64,000 nt of DNA from Zygnema circumcarinatum SAG 698-1b. Lineage: Eukaryota; Plantae; Zygnematophyceae. Within the stretch, counting starts at the first letter, position 1; every line of letters begins with the position of its first letter. A program made the position numbers and the translations under genes. Where the stretch lies: NCBI GenBank assembly GCA_037447605.1, contig CM074821.1, forward strand, positions 1,364,001-1,428,000. Direction: 5' to 3'. Positions 48,280 to 59,200 of this stretch are shown here, one piece after another. Below the pieces are notes generated by a model. That model was not told the origin of the DNA and did no database searches. It was given only the letters and a program-made list of their open reading frames with translations.

Positions 48280-49469
48280 GCTGCAGAGCGGGGGAGGGAG
48301 AGAGAGCGATGGAGTGAGAGAGAGCGAGGAAAACTTCAAGTTTTTTGGAAAAAACTGAAAAGTTTAGGGCTGGGAGCAATTTTCATCAAGTTTTTGAGAT
48401 TGTTGTGGAAATCATTGTGTTTCAGATATTCAGAATTTTGAAAAATGACGAGGAAATTAAAAATTAGGAAAAAATTGAGCGTGACAAGCTGTAATTTGAA
48501 GAATTTGAGGAGAGTAGGAGCAGGGAGGTCTTCTGTGCCGACAGTTTCCGTGACTGACTTGACTGCAACTGCACGGAACTTAACTGGACTGAACTGACCT
48601 GAACTGCAGCTGTTAAGAACTGCAACGCAGCTTTGGGCCTGGTTTCATGTCGTCAGGTTTAGAAAACTGCTGACGCACGACTCGTATCAACTTACGTCAC
48701 ATGATCGCTTTCCAGTTTCCACTTTTTAATTTGTGGCGGAATGCCTTTCAACACCGTAGGTGGCCATGTCAAACTTCAAGAAAATCGAACGGAAAATTGC
48801 TGGTCAGTAGGATTACAGGAGACATTTACGACTGAGTATCGTGCTATACTCATTTCTATAAAAAAATACGGTATTTCCCTAGAATGTGGTACTTGTTCTG
48901 TTTTCGGATTTCGAGCGTTCGCAATCCAGCGAGAAAAATAGGGCACAAATCGACAACCTTGGTTTCTTCGCCAATAGAATGTAACGTGTCACAAATGTGT
49001 GCGTAGTGCTCCCCGAGTTTCCGGCACAGCCCATTGCGGCACGTGATCCTAGGATTCACGTGATTTACAGTACTGTACGTGATTCACGTAAATCTACGAG
49101 CACCTCCGTGAAAATTTAAGAATGTCGTTGAACTAGAAATTTGGAGACACATGCGTCTCCCTCGGTTCGATATCCAGAATCCCTTTCGTACAGTTCGTAC
49201 AGTTCTGGTCCTGTCGCAAGTGTCGGTGCCGACAAAAGCAATTTCTGTCACGTCGAACTAAAACGAACTTCTCACGCGCTTGGACGAACTGTGACGCAAT
49301 CAATGCCAAGGGGAAACAAAAGTTCGTACATATCCGTACGACCGATGCCTTCACAGATAAAACAAAAAAAGAAAAAAGAAATGCGGTACTGTATAGCGAA
49401 AATTCGAAAAATAAAAGCCATCCAAAACTGAAAATCTCGCTTCTGACGGAATTTCTTTTCCAGCTTTTT

Positions 49470-49912
49470 ACCCTAAACCCTGCCCCCCTGCTCCGCTTCA
49501 CCCAAACCCTAAACCTTCAACCCTGAACCCTGCATCCTGCACCCTGAACCCCGCACCCTAAACCCTCAACCCTCAACCCTAAACCCTAAACCCCGTACTC
49601 TAAGCTCTGCATCCTGCACCCTGCCCCCTAAACCCTGACCCTGCACCCTAAACCCTAAATACTAAACCCCGTACCCTCCGCCCTGCATCCTGTACCCTGA
49701 CCCTAAACCCCGCACCTCTGAACCCTAAACCCCTTACCCTCAGCCCTGCATCCTGTACCCTGCACCCTAACCCCTAAACCCCGCACCCTAAACTCTCAAC
49801 CCTAAACCCTAAACCCCGTACCCTCACCCCTGCATCCTGCACCCTGCACCCTGCACCCTGCACCCTGCACCCCGTACCCTCCCCCCTGAACCCTGCCCCT
49901 TGAACCCCTCCT
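49470..49912 (+). repeat. Degenerate telomere-derived heptamer array (CCCTAAA/CCCTGAA/CCCTGCA/TCCTGCA)
   Basis: About 440 bp of 7-nt periodicity ending just before the BED ORF; a similar tract is at 51890-52060. Confidence 0.85.
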
Positions 49913-49925
49913 TGGTCCTCTCGCC

Positions 49926-50389
49926 ATGAAGGGCGGCCCCGCGTGGCAGTCCGTGGAGGTGGTCGCCTCGGCCCTGGGCGCGAACCGGCAGCCGAAGGTT
50001 CGGTGCGTGCACTGCCGGCACGCGTTCGTGGGCGGGTCGTTCCGCATCACCGGGCACCTCCTCGGGCTGCCCGTCGGGGTCGCAAAGTGCGAACGCGCGC
50101 CCGAGGCCGTGCGGGAGGCGCTCATCGCATTTGAGCGCAGGAAGTTGGCGGGGGCGAGGGCAAGGAGGCGAGGGGGGGGAGGGGGAGGGGGNNNNNNNNN
50201 NAGGGGGAGGGGGAGTGGGGAGAGGAGGGGGAGGTGAGGGAGGGGGAGGGAGGGGAGGAGAGGCAGGAGTAGGAAGAGGAGGAGGAAGAGGAGGAGGAGC
50301 AGCAGCAGGAGAAGGAGGAAGAGGAGGAGGTGCAGCGGGAGGAGGAGGAGGAGGAGCAGCAGGAGGAGGAGGAGAAGGAGGAGAGAGAG
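49926..50389 (+). CDS. BED-type zinc finger followed by a Gly/Ala-rich segment (probable first exon of the PurE gene)
   Basis: W..V....KVRCVHCRHAFVGGSFRITGHLLGLPVGVAKC..APEAV is the plant hAT-type BED motif. GT donor at 50390 is phase-compatible with the next exon. A 10-N gap at about 50192 interrupts the exon. Confidence 0.65.
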
Positions 50390-50645
50390 GTACGAAGAGG
50401 AAAAAGGGTGGTGAGAGGAGTGGTTGGGTTTTGTGGTTTTGGGGTTTGAGGTGTCGTGGAGGTTTGGAGTGGTGGGGTGGGTTGTTGGTATTTTACCGGA
50501 TTAGAGTTTGTGAGTTTTGCGGATTGTGATATGTTTAGTGGGATTAATGTGGTCGTCGCTTTTTGAATTGTAGTCAGAGGCCAAATGGTTTCAGGGACTT
50601 TTTCCGGGCTTAATCTGTCCTTTGGGTATTTCAAGAACTTTTTAG

Positions 50646-53419
50646 GTTTATCCTCATCCACACGTTTCCATGACGTTCAGTTCGGTTGTGAAACAAGAAC
50701 AGAAACGGAACCACAAAGAAAGGCCCCCGAACACTCCATGGAACTGGCCGATGATCATTTGCGGGAACTGAGAACGGCGAACGGAACGACGCATATACCC
50801 TCAGGGTCTGATCAGGCAGAGAGGGAAAACGCTGTCCATAGTGAGTTCATTACGAATCCTATCTTCCTTAGTAAGTTCGTCAATGACAGCGCTCTCCCTC
50901 TCTTGCTCTCTCTATCTCTCTCCCTTGCCCTCTCTCTCTCTCTCTCCCCCTCTCTCTCTCTCCCTCTCTCTCTCTCGCTCTCTCTCTCTCTCGCTCACTC
51001 TCACCTTGTTCAATGTGTAACGATGCGTTCGTGTTTTCCATTCAATTTTTAGGAGAAGGTGAGAGGCCCAAAGTCGCCGTCATAATGGGATCGGACACCG
51101 ACCTTTTGGTGATGAAGGCGGCGGCTCAAGTTTTGGATGACTTCAACATTCCTCATGAGGTGAGGGAGGTTTGCTCTGCGGGGTCCACTTTTGTAATTAT
51201 CTTGTGTGTAGCTTGGTCTCAATGCTTACTGATTACTGATTTTACTGAATTTCAATTCTCTCTCCTTTTTTTTTTTTTCCAGGTGACCGTGGTTTCCGCC
51301 CACCGCACCCCCGAGCGCATGTTGGAATATGCGCGGGCGGCGCACAGGAGGGGGCTCAAAGTCGTCATTGCGGGAGCAGGGGGGGCCGCGCATCTGCCAG
51401 GTACTCATTTCGACATGTACTGCTTCTGTTTTGCAAGGCAGGCACCTCCTACACACACACACACACACATCGTGGGAGAGAGAGAGGGAGGGGGAGGAGA
51501 GGGAGAGGGGGAGGGGGAGGGAGGGAGAGGAGGAGGGGGAGGGACGGGGGATGGAGAAGGAGACAGAGGAGGAGGGGGAGGAGGGGAGAGGGAGCGGGAG
51601 GGAGAGGAGGGGGAGGGAGGGAGGGGGGAAAGGGAGAGGGGAGAGAGGGAGAGTTGGCGGGGGAGGCGGAAGGGATGAGAGGGGACGGGGGAGGGGGAAA
51701 ATAGGGAGGGGGCACATTTTTTTGTTTGTTTGGCTCCACTCAGTCGCGTACAGATGGCTTTGTTTTGATATTGAGTGTCTGCATCTCTACCTCTGTGATT
51801 TAGTGTGTATTTCGATAAGTGCTGATTTGATAACCGGTAAATTGGTGATTGTTTTGATAAACTTGAAAAACCGAAGTCTCTCAAATCTAGAACCTTGAAC
51901 CTTTAAACCCTGATAGCCCACAACCCTGAAGCTTCCAAACCCTACAACCGTACAACCCTGAAACCTCTAGCGGCCAAAACCCTACAACTTACGACCCTCA
52001 ATCCTAAAACTCTGAACCCCAAACTCCAAAACCGTAAACCCTAAACCCTAAACTCTAAGGCGGTGCAGGGATGGTGGCGGCTTTGACTCCACTGCCGGTC
52101 ATTGGAGTGCCTGTACGGACGTCCCTGGACGGGCTGGACAGCCTCCTGTCCATAGTGCAGGTGTGCTTGAAATGGGCCCAAAACCCTAAAATTAAGTGCT
52201 GGGAAGAGGGAAGCGGGAATGAAGAACTTTACTATTTGTGTTTTCGTGGAAAGTGATGATTGGACTGAATTGAAAACTTTCTAAGATAGAAAGAGCTGAA
52301 GTGGAGGAAAAAGAGAGGGGAACGCAGAGAGAGAGAGGGAGAGAGAGAGAGAGAGAGAGAGAGTGGTCACGGAGTCTAAGTTTCCATGAACGATGTTTCA
52401 AGCAAACTTTCAAGCATTAACTGAAACTGAAACTGAACTGAAACTGAAACGGAAACTGACTGCAGATGCCCAAAGGCGTGCCTGTAGCCACGGTGGCAAT
52501 CAATAATGCAACCAACGCAGGGTTGTTGGCTATTCGCATTTTAGCCGTCAGTGATCTTACTTTACAAGACAGGTAACATTTTACATTCATAACCCCCTCT
52601 ACCACCGTGCCTATTGTTTACAGTACGAATCTAGGCGATCGCAACCTTCTTTTCTTTCTGTGGGTTTGAAGTATAGATCCGTCCTATACACCTTGAGGTT
52701 CGATACTGTGTATAATACCGTATTAATACAGTATTAGACACTGTATAATACTGTACTGTGTAATACTCAGATGCGAGTCCCTTGTTAATGTTAGGGGGTA
52801 GCTTGTCCCTTATTAATGTTAGTAGAAGGCTACACCCTTGTAATGTTAGGAGAGGGCTAGTCCCTTGTTAACGTTAAGGAGGATGGCACCCGACCTGTTA
52901 CGCCCAAAAGGGGAAGCCAAGATTTGTTGGCGAAGTCATGATACACCACTGTAGCAGCACTACCACATGTTCCATCACCACCGTCTCCCTTGAAACTGCT
53001 CTTGTGGACCTATTTTTCAATTCAACTATTTTGAGACTAGTATAAGGTGTCCTAGGGCTGCTTTACGGCTTGAAGCTTCAATTATTATAATCAGTCTCTG
53101 TCTAAATAGCAAAAAAACGAAGAAAAGACGTTAAATACATATAAAGTACATTGTATTTTAAAATGTGGTATAATATGCACGTATAATACGGGGGTATTAT
53201 ACACTCGTTTGATACATACGGATCTATAGTCTTAAGTCTTCAGTGTCTTTTGACCACGTTGATGAAATGTTTCTCTTAAAAAAAAAAAAAAAATGTTTGT
53301 ATATTTGATGTGGCAGGATAATGAAGTATCAAGGCGAAATGGAGGCAACGGTGCTCGATAAGGCGGAGAGGCTCGAGAGAATAGGATGGAATGAATACCT
53401 CAAGGCGGAACCATCATAG
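50646..53419 (+). CDS. purE: PurE domain (N5-CAIR mutase / AIR carboxylase catalytic subunit) without an adjacent PurK domain
   Basis: Exons 50646-50840, 51053-51159, 51283-51400, 52069-52160, 52466-52572 and 53317-53419 splice in phase: [84 protein letters not shown]. Confidence 0.92.
52672..53228. mobile_element. Possible MITE in a purE intron
   Basis: Terminal inverted TATAGATCCGT (52672-52682) / ACGGATCTATA (53218-53228) plus subterminal GTGTATAATACC in both arms. Confidence 0.45.
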
Positions 53420-53893
53420 TCTTTTTAGTCCCCTCCTTTTTTTGGTTGACTAGGCCAGTTTTTTTAGGGAGAAAATTCAGGATCTTGTAGCGTGATGAAG
53501 GCTCCTTGAGAAATGTCGGCCCTCTCGCCATTCTGTATGTACAAGCACTGTACGATGCTGTTTCCATGTTTGAGGTGCAATTGTAAATTGGGCATTTGAA
53601 GGTTCGAACTCAGACCGGGCCAATTCACGCTCGACTCAGAAGTTGTTTGCGGATCTGATTCTGATAAGCTCAGGGAGCACAAGAAACTCAACAAAAAATC
53701 TCGCAAAGGATTCAAAGCAAATCTTGGCGTATGGCTATGAACGAAAGAGAAGAGACCGAACCCCTTTTACTGATTCTTCAAATATGATGTGAAAGATAGC
53801 GCGAGAGGTAACGGAGATCATTCTGCTGCAATGTAGATTTATGGAAGTTGCGCCTTGTACTCTCACTCTCTTAAATTCTATTCATTTTTATTT

Positions 53894-55399
53894 GAGAATG
53901 ATAAACTCTCCCCCTTTTTGGATATCCTCTCCCCCTTTTGGATATCCTTTCCCCCTTTTTGGATATCCTCTCACCCTTTTCGGGAAATTTCGTACCTCCG
54001 TTTTGGCTATCCACTCCCCCACCCCCCCCTTTGTTCTTCTTTTTTTGTTTCTCCTCTTACACATCAACGCAATGTCCGCAAACACATTCGCAGAGAGAGA
54101 GCAAAGCATAGCAAAGAGAGAGAGAGAGCTCTTACGAGCTTCTCCCTCCTTCCCTCCCTCCCTCCCTCCCTCCGGAGTCCCTCCTCTCCCCTCCCCTCTC
54201 CCCTCTCGCTCCTTTTGAGGAATGTTCTCGCTCCTTTTGAGGAATGTTCTGGCAGGCTGGCTCGGCGTTGTAGTTTTGTACTCTTTACTGTACTGTAGGC
54301 TCCAAATGCGCAAACGCTTAGTCGAGTTTTTCTTTATTTAAGAACTTTTTATTCTCTGTTTACCCTTTGTTTCCATTGAAATGCATTATTTTCCATTGTG
54401 GATGTGAAGCTCTATGATGATGTAATGGTTGGCTTGCTTTGCTTTGCTTCTCTCGTTCTCTTTCTCTTTTTCTTTCTCCCTTTCTCGCTTTCTTTCTCTT
54501 TCTCTCGTTCCCTTTTTCTCTTTCTCCCTTCCTCTCTTTCTCTCTTTCTCTCTTTCTCTCTTTCTCTCTTTCTCTCTTTCTCTCTTTCTCTCTTTCTCTC
54601 TTTCTCTCTTTCTCTCTTTCTCTCTTTCTCTCTTTCTCTCTTTCTCTCTTCTCTCGTTCTCTCTCTCTCTTTCTCTCTTTCTCTTTTTCTTTCTCTCTTT
54701 CTTTCTCTTTTCCTCTCTTTCTCTCTTTCTCTCTTCCTCTCGTTCTCTCTTTCTCTCTTTCTCTCTTTCTCTCTTTCTCTCTTTCTCTCTTTCTCTCTTT
54801 CTCTCTTTCTCTCTTTCTCTCTTTCTCTCTTTCTCTCTTTCTCTCTTTCTCTCTTTCTCTCTTTCTCTCTTTCTCTCTTTCTCTCTTTCTCTCTTTCTCT
54901 CTTTCTCTCTTTCTCTCTCTCTCTTTCTCTCTTTTCTCTCCCTTCTCTCTCTCTCTCTCTTTCCCTGTCTCTTTCTCTCTCTCCCTTTCTCCCTTTCTCT
55001 CTTTCTCTCTTTCTCTCTTTCTCTCTTTCTCTCTTTCTCTCTTTCTCTCTTTCTCTCTTTCTCTCTTTCTCTCTTTCTCTCTTTCTCTCTTTCTCTCTTT
55101 CTCTCTTTCTCTCTTTTCTCTCTCTCTTTCTCTCTTTCTCTCTTTCTCTCTTTCTCTCTTTCTCTCTTTCTCTCTTTCTCTCTTTCTCTCTTTCTCTCTT
55201 TCTCTCTTTCTCTCTTTCTCTCTTTCTCTCTTTCTCTCTTTCTCTTTCCCTCTTTCTCTCTTTCTCTCTTTCTCTTCTTCTCTTTCTCTCTTTATCTTTC
55301 TCGCTTTCTCTCTTTCTGTTTCTCTCTTTCTCACTTTCTCTCTTTCTTTCTCTCTTTCTCACATTCTCTCTTTCTCTCTTTCTATTTTTCTCTCTTTCT

Positions 55400-55445
<46 letters not shown>

Positions 55446-55611
55446 TTGTTATTCTTTGCTCTCTCTCTGCGAATGTGTTTGCGGACATTGCGTTGATGTG
55501 TGAGAGGAGAAACAAAAAAAAAAAAAAAAGGGGGCAGTGGATAGCCAAAATCGAAGTACGAAATTTCGTGAAAAGGGGATATCCGAAAAGGTGGGAGAGT
55601 CTATCATTCTC
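53894..55611. mobile_element. Long-TIR (about 200-230 bp) non-autonomous element, MULE/foldback-like, enclosing an expanded microsatellite
   Basis: 53894-54125 is the reverse complement of about 55440-55611 (GAGAATGATA..GAAATTTCGTAC..ACACATCAACGCAATGTCCGCAAACACATTCGCAGAGAG). Flanks CATTTTTATTT / CACTTTATTTT resemble a degenerate TSD. Confidence 0.7.
54450..55445 (+). repeat. About 1-kb (TTTCTCTC)n octamer microsatellite
   Basis: 8-nt periodicity; it produces the spurious KERKRERE / LSFSLSLF ORFs. Confidence 0.9.
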
Positions 55612-55789
55612 CACTTTATTTTGCTCGACACAGTCTCTTTTCTTGCTCACATAATGTGTACAACTATGAGTATATCATGATTTGCTATGGATACGCAATG
55701 GAGACGTGGAGCAAATTTCTACCCTCCCTTGAGAAAAAGATAGGCGTGTCAACTTTGATTTTGTCTAGTCTCGATTACTGGTATAAAGT

Positions 55790-55892
55790 AGTGTAAGGGA
55801 TGACAAAGGCAATAGGAGGAGGCAGATGAAGTGCTATTGAGTGGCTCAAGGAACTGCTCCAAACGACTGTATCAAAGCATATTGTCGTGAGT
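55790..55892 (+). pseudogene. Inverted degenerate copy of the SUVH4 terminal (post-SET) exon and start of its 3' UTR
   Basis: Translates SVRDDKGNRRRQMKCY* then GSRNCSKRLY, versus SVRDDDGNLKQMKCYCGARNCSKRLY* in the true exon (56382-56269). Confidence 0.85.
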
Positions 55893-56268
55893 TTTTAGGG
55901 TTTCTAGGACCATGCCATCCACACCGTCACCTCACGATAATTGTTAACCCCATTATACCACTATTTATCTATTTTCAATCAATGTTCATCTTGATCTACC
56001 ATCATTTACCCAAAGTCGAAACTTATTACTACAATTTAACTTTCCTTTTTAGGGGGATAAAAAGTTTGAGAGATATAGAGGAAACGCTCAATTTTGCCAC
56101 GTTTTGGCTTGTTTCCTTTAACACTATTCACTTTTATAGAAAATTTGCTTTGAACGACAAATTATCATCGTTAATCATCTTGCGTATCAAGAGAGGAGGG
56201 AATAAGAGAGAGAGAAAAAGATAGTATTTATACTAGACCAATAGACTACAAACTCGCGATAGTATGCT

Positions 56269-59200
56269 TTAATACAACCGTTTGGAGCAGTTCCTTGCCC
56301 CACAGTAACACTTCATCTGCTTCAAATTGCCGTCGTCATCTCTCACACTGTCGAGTTCATACCCGTAGTCGTATGTCAATTCCTGCAAAAGCAGAGAGCA
56401 ACACCAAGCAAGATCAGCAAGATAGCAAAGAGCAGGTCATGTTTCTCATACGTATCCCAAAATATACCAACTTTAACTTTTCTTCCCGAATGAAGCAAAA
56501 TTGCTTTCAAAACGCTGGAGAAACACTAACATTCCTAGCACGAGAGGGAGAGAGAGAAAGAGATACAGAGAGAGGCAAAGAGCGAGAGAGAGAGGGGATG
56601 GATTGCACAGATAGGCTTACAGTCATAGGAGGAATGTTGTGCGCTGCCACAAGGACTGGATGAGCAAAGTTGATGTCATCTCCATCCCACATAACGGGCT
56701 GATAGAAGAGGTTAGGGTTGCAGCTATGGTTAAAAAAGCGCCCCACATTGCCCTCCTTTGCGGCATCAATGGCCCATTCACAACGCTTGGAAGATTCCAG
56801 CTCCACCATCACATTTTCTCCCCGTTTCTTTCTCAGCTGGGCCTCAATATCTCCAAACTTGGCCTGCAAAATTCCACACAACGAAACATGGCGAGGGAAA
56901 GGGGAGATAGAGAGGAAAGAGCGAGGGAGGGGAGGGAGCGAAGAAAATTTGAGAGGGAGAGAGGGGAGAGAGGGGAAAGAATTTGAGAAAGGGGAAAGAA
57001 AGAGAGCCATATGGAGAAACAGAGAGAGAAGGGGGTAGAGATAGCGAGACAGACGAGGTTCATGCCTATTTGTCACAATTTAAAGAACGGCAAAATGGGA
57101 AGATGGGTCAAAACATACACTGGGTCAGTCAGATACGATTTGGAAAATACATTTAGGGCGTACTTTTAGCCACAAAACAATGCCAGAATTACCGGAGTCA
57201 TTTATTTCTTTAGAAATGCTTCCAAACACATGAGGGAGTCAAAGTGAAAACATAAAAAAATGAAAGGTAAGCCTTTGCGAATACCCAACGATTTGAAAGG
57301 TTGAAATGATGTCAAGAAGCTCTACCTCCCGCCCCGCCGTTCCATGCAGAGCCGTACGGACAATGTCCAAGTCGAGCACATAGACGTCGTTATTTCCCAG
57401 ATTGTCTTCATGCACAATTCGACCCACATAGAAACAAACAATTCCTCCCGCAGGAATGTAGTCCCACGACCTCACAGCCCAGCCCTTGTTCGCCGTTTTA
57501 AACACCTGCAGCCCATTTCACAATGAGAAAAATAATACCATAAGCATAAAATCTTGCTATTTGACAACAATGAGGGCCACATTCCATGTGTTTTTCATGC
57601 CTAAAAACCCTACAAAAACTGCAAATTAGGTATTGAAGTGAGCAGGTAGGGCCTTTCCTCCAAGCGATAACGAATTCCGAGTTGCGCATTTCGATTGATG
57701 CAAAGTTCGGAGCATTGGCAGTTAGGGCCACACTCCGTTACCACTCCTCGAGCCTGCACCAACCTGCTCATTCCACCCCTGGCCTGTAAGCTACCGCATG
57801 ATGAGTGGGGGAGAGAGAGAGCGGGGGAAAAAGGAGGAAAGAGGGAGTGGGAAAACGAGACGGAGGGAGAGAGGGTGCGGAAAGGGGAAATGAGAGTGAA
57901 AGGGAGGGCGGGAGGGGGGAGAGAGAGAGGCAGAGAAAAAACCGAGAAACAAAGGAAGAGGGACAGAAAGAGTAAGAGAATGGGAGCGTGAGGGAGAGAG
58001 AGAGAAAGGGAGGACGGAGGGCACAGGTCATCGAGAGAATGAGAGAGAGCAAAGATTAGAGGCAAGATAAACCAAAACCCAACATCGGCAGGCCTTAAAA
58101 AGTAATCCCGAGCTGCAACTCCTAAAACATCAAAACCGTAATCCTTCGAACTGTCAGAGATTTGCACAAAGCCTAAACGCTTTACAATATGCAACTCTTC
58201 AATAGGGATTGAAAGTGCCAACCTCTTCCCGCGCTTATCGTCGACATAATCGAAGCTTCGAGTGCGAGGGTTCACACAAGAACACGTGGCGGCATTACAT
58301 TCTGACTTACATTTGCAGCCCTTTAGTGCTTTTGGGGGGGGCATGCCTTCGGGCCAAATACATTCTGTGACATACTCAAATGCTGCAAAACGAGCATCAT
58401 ACACTAAGGGAAAAATCAGTCCTTTTTCTTGAGGTGGTACTTAGGTTAAATATGGCCTTTAAGAGGATAGTCAAAGCACAGATTAGGGTTAAGTTGAAAA
58501 GAGCTCACAGTCTGGAAGTGTAGGAAGTTTGTCGATTGTATTTGTAACTACAATTGGAACTTTCTCCTTTCCTTTCGATAGGTCTTTACAGACAACACTG
58601 CACAGTGCCATTACATGATCAAGTTAAACGGGTTCACACAGTTTATCGGTCTTGAAAACCCAAGATTCAAACAAAAATATTAGATGAAAGAAATGTGAAG
58701 AAAGTTATCCTTACACATTGTAAGATTTTAACGACTTAATCGTCGAAATATCAGAAAACTGATGCTTACCCTTCACAGTCTTTGATGCTCTTGGGAACGC
58801 CTCCCCCATTGATGAATTTAACCTGTTACCAATTTAGATTGAATAGGTGAGGCCTACAAAGATAGATAACCAAAAGAATATTTTCAAGAAGGAACAGCAA
58901 ACGGGAACGATCATATTCCAACAAAAACCTTCAGAATCAACACAGGGAAGCGTTTACTTTTTCCGAGAAATCTACAATTTCATGGGCTCCTTTTACTGAG
59001 GGTGCTGCTAGAAAAGTAACAGAAACCCCTATGATCAGCAAGAATCTTACACTCTCAGGCACATAAAGCTCTCTGAAAAATGAATGAAATGAATGAATGA
59101 AAAATGCCTGGAAACCACATTCGTGGTACAAGAATATGTATAAATGAACATGTGCGAATTTGTATGTACATATATGAATGTGTGTAGACAAAGAAAATAG

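Noticed and set aside
52410-52465. (AACTG/AAACTG)n run before an acceptor as multimerised branch points (similar runs at about 37425 and 48550)
   Set aside because: The same repeat also occurs outside introns, so it is better explained as a simple repeat.
53464-53860. Possible LINE or gene fragment downstream of purE
   Set aside because: All frames are interrupted and no motif could be identified with confidence.
54360-55654. 300-420 aa KERKRERE / LSFSLSLF ORFs in five frames
   Set aside because: Direct product of the 8-nt microsatellite; not a protein-coding signal.
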